Source: Camelus dromedarius (Eukaryota). From it: DNA of 64,000 nucleotides. A program made the translations under genes and the position numbers. The DNA lies in the NCBI RefSeq assembly GCF_036321535.1, contig NC_087437.1, positions 23,252,001-23,316,000 of the forward strand, in the 5' to 3' direction. Positions 25,648 to 38,251 of the stretch are shown here, in pieces (within the stretch, counting starts at the first letter, position 1; each line of letters starts with the position of its first letter). The notes beneath the pieces are model-generated. The model saw only the letters and a program-made list of their open reading frames with translations, had not been told where the DNA came from and searched no databases.

Positions 25648-26535
25648 CCTTGAAGTTTGGAGAGTCGGGTGAGGCCTGTTTGGAAATCCACCAAGGAGAC
25701 GGAACAACGGCTGGCATTGAATTCAAAGGAATCCAAATATTTGACCATTAAACATTTATTTTCCATTTGAGCCTTTAAGTTTACAAACTTCAGAAGCCTA
25801 TTTAAATTTCAAAAACTCCGATTATTTAGAACTTTAAGGATTTAATAGTTTTGTTTTCTAAAATATTCATAATTTTTTTTGCTAGTTAATTCTGTTAAGA
25901 AATTTCAGCCAGCTCAAAGAACCACTATCATTCCATCATTTCAGGAAAAATTAACTTAAGATAAATGTGAGTGTTCCTTAACATAATTATGGGGCTTTGT
26001 GGGGCTCTTGCCCCTTCTCTGCTACTAGTTTTGAGCCAATATGCACTATATATGTCTGTTTATCTACCTACCTGTCAAATAGAAACTTAGAAAAATATTA
26101 AGTGTATTGTTGGTAAAGCTGGTGGAAGAATGAACTTGAATTTGAGGCCAAAATGGGCTTCTTATTCCACCTGCCCTATTTGATTTGAACTCATTCACCC
26201 AGTCGCAGATAGGGCAGCTGGACAACTGTAGGCCCCTGTGCAGGGGAAGAGTCTGTCCTGCAGGGCTGACCGCAAGACAGAAGAGAGCCCAAAGTGGGTC
26301 ATTCCAAGGACAGAGACTCAAAGAGGACAAGGGACAAGTCTGTTGTACATAGTCACCTGTAACCCAGCAGCATACCCTCCCCAGTCTCACTGTGGCAGAG
26401 GGCTTGTCACCCATCAAAAACAAGAACCAAAAATTTATACCCCTTCCTTACAGTGGAATTTTCACCAGAAATGTTCCCAGACAAAGGCTACATGTTCCAG
26501 CCTACTCCTTGCCCGCAGGTGTGGTCATATGACTT

Positions 26536-26558
26536 AAAAAAAAAAAAAAAAAAAAAAA
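26536..26558. repeat. Poly(A) tract
   Basis: About 23 consecutive A with no recognisable retroelement body upstream. Confidence 0.95.
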
Positions 26559-26967
26559 CAGGATGAGTTGAAAAATAAGAAATCTTCCCAGGGATTGATT
26601 AAGCTATTTGGGTGCTTAGCTGTTTCCACTTGTTTTTGAAAACTTGTTTTGCATGTATTATGTATAAACCTATAAAGGTAATGCTTTGAAGTAGGAAAAA
26701 CTAGAACTGGAGGAGTTCTTTTTTTTTTTTCCTTGATGTAGTCTAGATAATAATAAATCTTTTAGACTTCTAGCTTCTCTGATTTCATAAAGAATGAAAT
26801 ACTTTAAATAATATTATATTCATCCTAGATATTATGAAAATACAGACTTTTCAGATTAGCAGGTGAGATGACTGGTTCAGAGGAATTTGGCTCAAGAGTT
26901 GTGTGACAGTTTCAAGACCCTAAAAATAAATTGGATCACCTTTTTCTTCAGCCCACTTTCAGTCATG

Positions 26968-27110
26968 CTTATTTATTCATTCATTAATTAATGAACAAAT
27001 AGACACTGAATGCCTACTATGCCAAGACCTCTTCTGGGCACTGAGGTTGCTGAAGAAGACAAAACTCTCTGCTCCAAGAGAAGTAATTTCTAGTGGGGGA
27101 AATAGAAAAA
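26968..27110 (-). mobile_element. L2 3' end fragment
   Basis: 'ttattcattcatt...ctgaatgcctactatgccaag...ttctgggcactgagg' is the antisense L2 terminus. Confidence 0.75.
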
Positions 27111-27594
27111 AAGAAATATGCACATTCCAGAATATACCAGAAAATTATGAACAATATGGACACAAGTAAAACAAGGCCTTTCATTTCTTATAAACTTATG
27201 GAATATCTTGATTCATGTCAAAGAAGCAACTGTGCCATTTAAAATGCAAACTCTTGGAGATTGCCATAATACCGGGCAGTCTGATTTTAATGCCAGAAAT
27301 TTAAGTGTCTTTTGAGGCTTGTCTAACGTAGGGAGGAAATGAGAGCTAGTGCATTTTCTTTCTTTTCCTTTTTTTAATGGGCTCTGAATTTCTTGCTTGA
27401 AGAAGCACTTATCTAGCAATAGCAAATGATTTCTTTATCATGTAGTCTTTTGAAATGTAAATGCAGAAAATGAAGGTCTCTGTGCTAAGAAGTCCAGGGA
27501 TGACTCATTTATATTCTTTGAATCACTTTTATACCTAAAGATTTCCAGCATAGTCTTCTGGCATCTGTCACAAACAAAGAGAAGTGACAATTTT

Positions 27595-27770
27595 CAGGCT
27601 CCATCTGCTGTTTACTTGCTGTGTGACCTTGGGAAAAACACTGAAACTCTCTGAGTCACTTCTTCATCTGAAACACAAACTGAATAATATCTAGCTCAAT
27701 GGGTTACTGTGGGGATTAAGTAAAATTCTATAAGTAAACTTCCTGGCTTAACATTCCTCAGGCAATGGTA
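27595..27770 (+). mobile_element. MIR SINE fragment
   Basis: 'ttacttgctgtgtgaccttggg...ctctctgagtcacttcttcatctgaaa'. Confidence 0.75.
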
Positions 27771-28747
27771 GCTTCTATTATTACTATTTTTATTATTGTA
27801 CTTACTTCACATTCTAAAAGCAAGGTGATCATGCATGTAGTCCTCTTGAATCTTCATTTTTCGGATCATAAATTAATGTCTATGCTACTGATTCGAGGTC
27901 TAATGCTGAATGAATAACAACACATTTTCACCAAGTGACAAATCAATTAAGGGGGTGACTTGAAACAGATTTTCTGAATGTTTTACTAAACTTTCATTTG
28001 CAGAATAAAAGAATACTCTTCACTTAAGTCCTGTTGTCCTTGACATTTCAAACGTCTCCATACAAGACCACCAAACTGGCAACATTACCATTCACTTGGT
28101 ACAGTGTGCCATATATGAACGTTGATTGGATAGGAACTGGCTGTTAATCTAGAACCTGTAATTGGGCCAACTGTCCCCCAATCTGGCTATCTGTCATGTA
28201 GAGACTTCCAAGAAGTTATTCTTCATCTACCCAATTTTTTAAATAAAAATGAAACAGTAATAATGAAGAAAAGCCTGCTAAATGTGACTGTATTGCTTAC
28301 ACTATGGTTCTCAATCTTTGTGGATTGATTTATTCTGATTTAATAGTAGCATGCACCTTTGTATATAAAAGGAAATATGTACAAAAAACTATAGCATTGA
28401 CTTATAATTTTCTACTTCTATGAGTCAGGGATTGTTTGTTTTTCCTTTTTTTACCCTCTTTTCCTTTTCTGGTGTCTCTCAGAAGACTCAAGAGAGCTTA
28501 TCAGCTATACACTCACAGCATGAGGAAGCTAGGAAGAGTTTTAGAAGTCCCACGTTCTAATTTTCTTGATTTAAAAATAAGAAATCTGAATCTCAGGGCA
28601 GTAAAGAGACTTGCTCAAATTCATAAGCTATGTGTCAAACTGTTCGTAATAGTTTTAATAATTAACATTTATTGATTAATCATTGTTTTCTAGGTATTCT
28701 GCCAAATGATGGCTAGATATTATCCTATTTAAACCTTCCAAGCATCC

Positions 28748-28850
28748 TTGTCTGTCTTATTCACTAGGGTGTCCCCAGCACCTAGGAGAGTCCCTTACAA
28801 ACAGTAGATGTTTGATAAGTATTTGTTGAAAAAGAATACATCAATGAGCA
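28748..28850 (+). mobile_element. L2 3' end fragment
   Basis: 'tgtctgtcttattcactagggtgtccccagcacctag...agtagatgtttgataagtatttgttgaa'. Confidence 0.75.
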
Positions 28851-28869
28851 AACAACTTTAAGAATGAAG

Positions 28870-29010
28870 GACTATCTACCCCATTTTACAGACAGTGAGA
28901 TTGAGCCTTAAAAAGGTTAAGTGATTTGCCAGAGGTTGTACAGGTAATGATTGACAGTGTGGACTCACCTCCAGTGTGAGTGACTCTGGAATCTTAGTTC
29001 TTAGCCACTT
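28870..29010 (-). mobile_element. MIR SINE fragment
   Basis: 'ccccattttacagacagtgagattgagccttaaaaaggttaagtgatttgcc'. Confidence 0.75.
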
Positions 29011-29409
29011 TCAAGGGCTGCTTCTGGGCTCGCAGCCTATTTGGGGCTAGAACTTGCAGAACATTGTGGACAGGTAAATTCATATTCTTGGATTTAATTC
29101 CTAAGGACACCTAGGATTTAATGGGTTCTCCTGGCTTTCTTGAATGAGGAATAATGTGAGAAATGAAATGGCTGCATTACAAAAACCCATAAACAGGTGG
29201 TGAAACAATCGATTTGAAATACCGTGTTCTGCACAAAGAAACATTCAAGGGAAGAGTTTGACCCTTTAGGCTATTTATTTGAAAAAATGGTAAAAGCAAG
29301 AATTTGCTTTCTATCTCTTTGAGAAATAAGTAATTGGGAAAGTATATTTTGTAATGTAAAATTCACGTTTCTGGCTTAATCAGACTTCAAACTGCTCAGC
29401 CCATTTTAC

Positions 29410-29825
29410 CGATCTTCCTTGCTGGTCTTTTTATTGTTTTGTGAGCATGCATTTTTCATTTCTACCCGAGCCTGGTTTTACCCCTTAACAGGACCACTCC
29501 CTGGACTCTTTACCCCTTTCTTTATCTCATATTATACAAGGGTCTGTTCAGTTATCTTTACCTTCGAAGAGCCCTCCCTGAAATGCCATCTGCCACAGGA
29601 CTTTCTCTCTCTTTTGAATAATGTTAATACCAATCCTTTCATAGATTTCACACTTCACCGTAGTCTGATATGGAGGTGTTTTTACCTTCCAGACCTGAGT
29701 GCCGTTCTTTACAAAGGATGACAAAGTCTTCAAAAGACTGTACTGCATTTTATACTTTGTATCAGCACAGCTTAGTGCCTTATGTATGGTGATGGCTCAA
29801 TTTGGTATCTGTTGAAAGAAAGTGA
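29410..29825 (+). mobile_element. L2 3' fragment (highly diverged)
   Basis: 'ccttgctggtctttttattgttttgtgagcatgc' and 3' end 'ctttgtatcagcacagcttagtgcc...ggctcaat...tgttgaa'. Confidence 0.45.
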
Positions 29826-31370
29826 AAGAGAAATAGATAAAAAAGATGATCACACTATTAGAAGAGGTTTTTTCCTGCTTGATTTTATTTTATAAATAAT
29901 GCACCTTTAGCATGACTTTGAAATGTAGGTTTGCAGCTTATAAAAAGAATCTGCAAATGAATTTAATATATTTTTTTCCTTCTTATCTTTACCAGTGGGT
30001 GAGATATTTATGTGGTTTAGTGCTTAGGGCTTGAAACTGAGTTTTTTCTTTCATGTGCTCAGTGGACCTAACTAGTTTTTTGCTCACTCCAGACTTATGT
30101 CTCAATTTCCTACTCTGTTTTCATAAACAATCATAAATGTGTCCTTGGAGGAGATCCATGAAATTTAACTTATGTTTTTGGAGGCCTCTGGGACATTTGT
30201 GTGAAAGTGTGTAAAATGCAAATTATCATTGTGGATTCGTCTATTTTCATCTGCATGTGTTGTTTCTAGTGTAATTTTGGAGGCCGGGAATGTTTTCATT
30301 ACTTCATGCAAAAAGATTCAACCAAATTTTCTTTCTTCATGAGCAGGTTGGTCCATTGGTGTCATGCTAATAAATTTTTCATTTTCTGGTTATTTTTTTT
30401 TTTAATTAACCATAGCTGAAATGTTAATTATCAACCTGAGTAACTGTAGGCAACTGTGGGCAACTTGGAACACTGTCACTTGCACAGGCTAAGAAGTGGA
30501 AAATTCCCAGCACACTGAATCTTTTTACAGTCCCTGTGAGTGACAATCTCTGGCATTTTGGTTAAATCCTGGGCTTACTGTAAGAAATCACAGCAGGAGC
30601 TTGCTTTTAAGAAGTCCTGAGGCTCAGCTTAACTAGTCAGGTAAAATCCTTCCCCCACCAGATTTGGGCTTGTCAGTTAGTAGCTGGTGTGGCTGGCAGT
30701 GGCTGCCAAAGAAAAGCTAATGCTCTGTGTCCCAGTTACTGGCCTCCTCTGAGCAAGAACCAGATGAAGGAGTGCTTAGTAATTAGCTTAAGCTAAACAG
30801 CCTCAAGATTTGTCTTGCTTTGTTATTAAAGATCAGCTGGATAATGAAGAAAGCCCAGATAATGAAGTAATTAGCCCAGAAACAGGCAAGATGTTTATCC
30901 TTACTTCTAATTCTTCTTTATATGAGAGAGTAAGGTCAAATAAAAACTTATCATGGAGAAGGGAATAATATAATATGAAAAGTTATGAGAATTGTATCTT
31001 CATAGGTCTGGGGGTCATCTTTCAGGAAGAACACTGACACTGTGAGCTATCTTTTTCTAAATTTCTGGGAATTCAGTGATACGGTACTGATCTCATATTT
31101 TAGAACTGGATTTCTGTCTGACTTCTTAAAGAATAGGAAAAACCACATCTATTGTTGAGTGTTATTCACTGGGCTATGTTCTTTTCCATGCATACACATT
31201 TAGCCTTTAGAACTGCCCAATGAAATAGATCCTATCCAGTGTCATTTGCAAGTTGGAAAATAAATTCCTGAAAGTTACACTTCATAGGCTTTTTCAACAT
31301 TTTTTAAACTTATTTAGACATTTAAAAAACTGTAAAACTAATAGCAGAACTTTGAAAATAAAATATATTT

Positions 31371-31418
31371 TATTAAGGAAATTATTAAGGAAATTATTAT
31401 TAAGGAATATTAAGGAAA
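31371..31418. repeat. Short tandem repeat, 4 x TATTAAGGAA with 0-5 bp spacers
   Basis: Units start at 31371, 31383, 31398 and 31408. Confidence 0.9.
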
Positions 31419-34400
31419 TCTTGGAGGAGGGAGCAAATAGATCAACTGCATGAGACAGAAGTTAAATTCTTTGTCAAGGTGAGGAAGATAAGCAGAGAAT
31501 GGTGAGGACAAAGGAGAATTGGAAATGAAAAGGGGGAAGTTCCCTTGAACTTACCAAGTCACTATAAGCTATTTTCAACATGGACATGTCAAACATAGCA
31601 CATTTCTCAAATGTAGAAAATATATTGGGGAAAAGCTTTAAATACATTAAATCTATACTTGAAACTGTCCTATTAAGAAAGGTTGAAATGAGTATTTTGT
31701 TAATAAGTTTTAACACTGGCTAATGTGGCATATATTACTCTAGTTACAATTAGCAAAATCATTGAAAGATAAAATCATAGGGGCCCTTAGGCATCTCTGC
31801 CAGCCCCCTGGTCTATTCATGAATAAATTGAGGAACAGAGTTACTATAATTAAATTAAGTCGCACGGGTACTTACCAGCATCTTGGGGCTAGAATGTGGA
31901 TCTTTGGCTTTCAGCCTAAATTTTCTGTAGTTCAATCCTGTTTCCTGTGATTTTGATAGCCCACCCCCTGTTGTTAATGTTCTTCTTTCCAAGGTTAACT
32001 GTGGAATAAAATCCTACCATAGGCTTCCTTTTCTGGTATTGAAACGTGTACATGTGACCTATTTATTATAGAGCAATAGGGAATTTTTGAAAATAATAAA
32101 ATATTAGAAAAATTACAAATGTTTAGAAAAACCCCATTTATATAGTATTTACATATTTTAATTATACATGAAATGCAGCTAGAACAGTCTAGTATCTTCT
32201 TTCTTCAGCTTTTTACTTTATTTCATTTATTAAAATTTCTGGAGATAGAGCTTGTAACATTTCCCTGCCCTGCAATCCTCTCTGTTTTTCTTGGTTGATT
32301 TTCATTTAAAGCTATTTCTTTTTCATAATCCGCAACCAATCTCTTTATCTCCATCTCAACCATGAGCCATCATTTGTTTGCTCTTGACCTTTGGGTTATT
32401 GGTCTTTTTTTGGCTTCTAGAACTGGGCTTCTTTAATTATTGCTGAAGTCTTCTAGGCTCCATCTAATTAATGTTGCAAAATTCTATTTTATCTTCTGAG
32501 CAATTTCCCAAGTAAACATTAGTATGTATATGTTTTACATATTAATCAGGACACTGTAATAAGGAAACTGGGCTAAAGTTGAGATAGCTAAGTTTTTCCA
32601 GTTCTGCTAACTACTATTTGACTTCTCTATACCAGTATTTCTTTTGATATCAAAGTTGTCTAAATACCTTTTAGAACCGCAATTCTCCAGTTCTTTAAGT
32701 TTTAGATCAGTGGTAGATAACTGATGTAATATAGGACTAATTACGGGAGACAAATATTAGTTAATATATTTAACAAAATAGATGAATAAAAATAAATAAA
32801 TACATAAATCCTTTATCCAGTTTCTTTGACCAGTTAGTGGGAAAGTTTGATTCAAATTAGTTCAAGTTTATGGATTTTAGCTCGAAATAGACAAAATGAG
32901 CTCCACGTTGACACATTGCCTCAGATAATACTTCAGATGCCTGAACTATGTCACAAACAGATGGCCAGTTGACAAAACTAACAATGTGAGTGTTTATTAG
33001 TATAAAAAAATTGACTATTAGAAAACAACCCAAATTATCTTAATGATAGATCAGTAGCCAAATCTTTTTTGTAGAAATTCAATAACATTTAATTTTATAA
33101 GATTATGTATCCTGTAGTCAGTTTGTTGTGTGAAGGAAGTTTGTTGTGTATCTCCTCTGGTCTAGGTGTGTGCTAAGCAGTGGGGCCTGGTGGTGGTTAA
33201 TATATGCAGGTTAAAGTTTCTATTTTTAGTAGGTGAAAGGTGGGTTCTCTAATGTTTGAAATGCATTTCTAATGCATCTCTCATGCATTTGAAAACTTTG
33301 TTGGAACAAGGGATGCAGTGTTTCCTATAAACCCGATGCAGACAAAATGGAAAACGAGGGAAAAGAACTGATGTAGGGTTTTCTTGAGTCTTGCTCAATA
33401 GAGCTGCCTGGTGAGGTGAGCATAACTCAGCAGAAAACCAGGGCAGAAGTACAGCAAGAAGCTCAGGGGATAGTGACCTCTAGGAATGGAAAGACATTCA
33501 TCTGGAACCATGGAGCCCCGAGAGAGGAATTCAGCAGGAATCTCTTGGAAGACCTCAGAAGTGGCTTAAAGAAAAAAAAAATCAGTTCACCTTCTCTTGG
33601 TGCAGAGTAAGAAGCTAGCTTACATCAGTACAGTATTAGAAACCCCTGTTCTTTAGCCCGCCTTTCCTGCTTAGACTCTGGTAGTGTCAATACAGTAATT
33701 GTTAAGGAAGCTTGGGAAATCACCTCTTCCCTTGCTTCTCAATGGCTTCTACCTTAAATTAAATCACAACAGGCTAAGGGGAGAACGTTTAATGCACAGA
33801 CAAATTCAAATAGTTATTATCATAGGACTTTAATCAATAAACCAAAATGATGTGGCTTTGTATGCATTACGAATACCTTACTTAGAGAAGCAAAAAAAGT
33901 TATGGGCCCCTTTGGAGTTTTCATCTAGGGACATGGGCAGATTGCTCTTGCTGAATAAAGTTAAAAAGATGATAGAAAGAAGTAAATGTGCTGTTGATCA
34001 CAAATCACATATCATGCTTGTTCATCATGATGGTTACATGCATCTTCTTCATTTTATTCATAAGAGCTTTTAAATTTAAATTAAATTATTTGTTGAATGA
34101 ACTTGACTTTCTTTTTGAAAACTTCCTTCAGGAAGCCCTCTGGATTTCTGTACAGTTTGGGTCAGTTGCTTTCTAATCATACCGCTCACTGCTCAGATAA
34201 TTTCCTGGACTCTCTTTGAATTGTACCACTAGCTTAGGTCTCTATTTTCTTTCTTATCTTTGGATTTCTCTTCTGCTTTGTGAAGAAAATATGTGGGAGC
34301 CAAGACCTCTTTGAGATCTTACCAGTCATTAAATTATTTACCTTTAAATTATTATTCATGTGAGTGATAGTTTGGCTAGATATAGAATTTCAGACTCAAA

Positions 34401-35199
34401 ATTACTTTCAGAAAATGCCCAGTCTGCCATCTTGATCCAGAAGTCATAGCGCAGGGTGTTTTTCTCTTTTTTGTTTTTAACTCTTCTATGAACATTTGCA
34501 CAATTTAGACCAAAGAAGATATCAATATCACAGTATCTAGAAGCTATGCCCTGACAGCAATATAATTTTTTAAATTGCTGGATCAGAAGCTCTTTTTGTA
34601 TAACAAGAGGAAAAGTAGTTCCAGACTGGTATTGTTATTCCTTTATTTCCTGTGGCTTAGTGCTCTTGAGATTTATGATGAGGCTAGAGCCAGGAATTTT
34701 GGCCTGGTAAAAGTTAACCAAAGGGATGATGACTGTCCTCTCAATAAACATGATTGAAAAGGTGGCTTAGTCCTGTTCTGAAGAAAGGTGAACAAAAATA
34801 GACTAAATTTGTTCTCTATTGTAAACTAATGATATGTAATTAAATTTTACCTCTATTTGAGACTTTGCAGTGACAATGTTTTGAAAATTAGGCCTAAATG
34901 GCACATTTTGGAAATTTTATTTCAATCATTCGGCTTCCCGGGTTTATGCAGATAGTCTTTCTTTCTATATCAGAACAAGTAAAAGTGTTTTACCTCTGTG
35001 GGCTAACAATAGTTTACTCTGAATGAAATTTTGAAGTAGCTTTCCGATTCCACTGAAGGGTTTGATGTTATAAATACTCTACATAACTTGTGGATGATCA
35101 AACCACATGGCGCCAAGCCTCATCCTCTGCCTTGAACTGTATTGTTTAACTTCTTTATTTCATGGTGGAGAACAAAATTAACAAATATAAAATTGTCCT

Positions 35200-36140
35200 A
35201 CTGACATTTCACCCTCATAAATGCTCCTCCTGAGGTCTTTCCTATTACAGTTAATTACAACTTTATTTTTTCGTTTAATGTATCCCAAAACTTTAGAGTT
35301 CTTTTAGCCTTTTTTCTTCTTTACATCCCATACCCAACAGCATCAAATTCTGTTATTTCTACCTTCAGATTATACACAGAATTCAAACACTTTCTTAATT
35401 GCCACCTCCCTCATCCAAATCTTGTTTCCTGCCTGGACTATTGCAGTAGACTTCCCACTGGTCTCCTTACTTTTGCCCTTTCCCCCTTCATTTTATCCTT
35501 AACAAGCCAGGGTGACCCTGTTAGATTGTACAGTACGTTCTGAAATTATTGCATGGGAGTAAAGTTTAGACATCATGTCTACTTGCCTGTACATGAACTA
35601 ATCATGTCACTTCTCTGATCACAATCCCCCAACAGTTCCCTTCTCACTCAGAAGGAAAGCCATGGTCTCTGTGATGACCTAGAAGGTCAACATGATCTGG
35701 TATTCCTCCTATTTTTCTCTGACCTTATCTCCCACACCTCCCTTTTATTCTGTTCTAGTTTATACACCACCTGGCATGTCCATGCTCTGGGGATCTTCCA
35801 TTTGCTCTTGCCTGTGCCTATACAGTCTTTTCTCACATGTATCTCGCTTGCTCCCAAGTTACAGGTTCTTACACAGATATTACCGAGTCAGTGAGAACGT
35901 CCTTGGCCATTCAGTTTAAAATTACAACTCTCATCTAATACTTCTTATTTATCTTCTCTTTCCCTCCCAATTTTTCCTTATTTTATTTACATTATTCATT
36001 TATCTTGTTTTATGTTTGTTTGTTTATTCTATAAGGATTTATGCTCCATCAAGGTAGGGATTTTCTTATGTTTTGTTCACTTTTGACTCTCTAGCCTCTA
36101 GAAGGATTCCTGAGACATAGCAGTATTCAATAAACATTTA
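35200..36140 (+). mobile_element. L2 LINE 3' portion
   Basis: 'ttgtttcctgcctggactattgcagtagacttcccactggtctcc', 'atcatgtcacttctctgatcacaatcc', and 3' end 'gctccatcaaggtaggga...ttgttcac...cagtattcaataaacattt'. Confidence 0.8.
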
Positions 36141-36951
36141 TAGCAGAAGGAAGGGGGAAAAAGGAAGAAAGCAAGGGAGGCAGGGAGGGAATAAAAAGTA
36201 AGAAATCGGTATTGGATTTCATTCTAAATTGAGTGTAGAGGGAGAAAATTTAATCTAGTCATTAAAAATCAGCTCAAGTTTTCTTCCAGTAAAGAAAATC
36301 TTCTATTGGAAAAAAAAATCACATGGAAACTTCTCAACAATATTTTCACTTTGGGTTGGACATAGTAAATCAAGCACATTCTGAAATTATTCTATGGGGT
36401 AAAATCTAGAAATCAGATCTGTTTGCCTGTATATGAACTAAATGTTGACAAATTTATAAAAGGAATTTAGCATATGCCAGGCTATTCAGCATAAGCTGTG
36501 AAAGAAACATGTTTTTACGGGAAATAATAAAGTACTTCAGGACCATTTGGAGAGCAGTATCTTTTTATTTTGTATGGAATGTCTTTTGATATTGATATCT
36601 ACATTCCTCTGAAGTGCTTGCAAAATCTTCTAGTTCCTTCTCAATAATGTTTTCCCCAGATTTAACTCTTTTATAATTACTCCAACACGTGGCTTATTTC
36701 TGACAATAGGCTTGACTGTTTTTCTTCAGGATGAGGAAATTATAGACATACATCTTATTTAGGCTGTCACCAGTGCATCTTACTACCTCCGGTAGATGGC
36801 CAGGCTTGTGTAGTTAGGATACTCTGAAAGGTTTTTCCAACCAGATTTGTTAAATTTGTCATTACTTGGTAAGAATAGACTGTTGCTCGGTGCCTGGACA
36901 CTGCCTGCCTGGTTACTACCTTTGAACAAAGCAATACGATCAGAAATCACA

Positions 36952-37245
36952 ACAAAAATAAACTCAAAATGGCTTAAAGACTTAAATATAAGAAAAGACA
37001 TCATAAACCTAGAAGAAAACAGGGAAAACATCTTCTGACCTAAATCTTAGCTATGTGCTCCTAGGCAGTAGAAATAAAAGCAAAAATTAACAAATGGGAT
37101 CTAATTTAACATAAGCTTTTGCACAGCAAAGGAAACCATAAGCAAAACAAAACGACAACCTACAGAATGGGAGAAAATATTTGTATATGATGTGACTGAC
37201 AAAGTTTTAGTTTCTAGAATATATAAACAGCTCATACAACTTAAT

Positions 37246-37295
<50 letters not shown>

Positions 37296-38251
37296 ACCAA
37301 TCCAGAAAAGAGCAGAAGACCCAAACAAGCAATTCTCCAATGAAGATTTGCTAATGGCCAATAGGCGCATGAAAAAATGCTCAATATTGCTAATTATTAG
37401 AGAAATGCAAATCAAAACTACAATGAGATATCACCTCACACTAGTCAGAATGGCCACCATTCAAAAGTGTACAAATGATAAATGCTGGAGAGGGTGTGGA
37501 GAAAAGGGAACTTTCCTACACTGCTGGTGGGAATGTAGTTTGGTGCAGCCATTATGGAAGAAAGTATGTAGATTCCTCAAAAAACTAAAAATAGACTTAA
37601 CATATGATCCAGCAATCCCACTCCTGGGCACATATCCAGAGGGAAATTTAATTTGAAAAAATACATTTACCCCAATGTTCATAGCAGCACTATATACAAT
37701 AACCAAGATACGGAAGCAACCTAAATGTCCAATGATAGATGACTGGATAAAGAAGTTGTGGTATATTTATACAATAGAATACTACTCAGCCATAAAAAAG
37801 AATAAAATTATGCCATTTGCAGCAACATGGATGGACTTAGAGATCACCATTCTAAGTGAAGCAAGCCAAAAAAGAAAAATATCATATATCATCACTCATA
37901 TGTGGAATCCAAAAAAAAAAAAAAAAGAAGAAATAAAAAAGAGGACACTAGTGAACTCACCTACAAAACAGAAAGAGATTTGCAGACATAATGGACAATT
38001 TTATTGTTATTGGGAGAAATGGGGTAGGAAGGGATTAATTTGGGAGTTTAAGATTTATAAATGTTAGCCACCGTATATAAAAATAGATTTAAAAAATTCT
38101 TTTGTATAGCACAGGGAACTATATTCAATATTTTTTAATAACCTTTAATGAAAATGAATATATGTATATATATTCATTACTAGGATATTGTGCTATACAT
38201 CAGAAATTGACACATTGTGACTGCACTTCAATACTTAAAAAAAAACTTAAA
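36952..38251 (+). mobile_element. LINE-1 3' fragment (camelid-type), ~1.3 kb, disrupted ORF2 C-terminus
   Basis: ORF2p motifs 'KINSKWLKDLNIR', '[14 protein letters not shown]', '[18 protein letters not shown]', 'EYYSAIK'; 3' UTR and A-tail; TSD aaatcaca at 36944-36951 and 38252-38259. Confidence 0.97.
37246..37293 (+). repeat. (AAC)16 microsatellite inside the L1 ORF2 remnant
   Basis: 16 perfect AAC units, giving the poly-Asn run in ORF 37192-37656. Confidence 0.97.

Noticed and set aside
31371..31418. CRISPR-like array
   Set aside because: Eukaryotic DNA; 10-bp units with 0-5 bp spacers are a slippage repeat.
32881..32991. Candidate exon bounded by ttttag and gtgagt
   Set aside because: Stop codons in all three frames and a weak polypyrimidine tract.
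33258..33290. Three ATGCAT hexamers at 11-bp spacing
   Set aside because: Short degenerate tandem with no independent evidence of function.
36789..36802. CTCF-like motif ccggtagatggcca (weaker one at ~4263)
   Set aside because: Partial consensus matches are expected by chance in 64 kb and cannot be supported without ChIP or conservation data.
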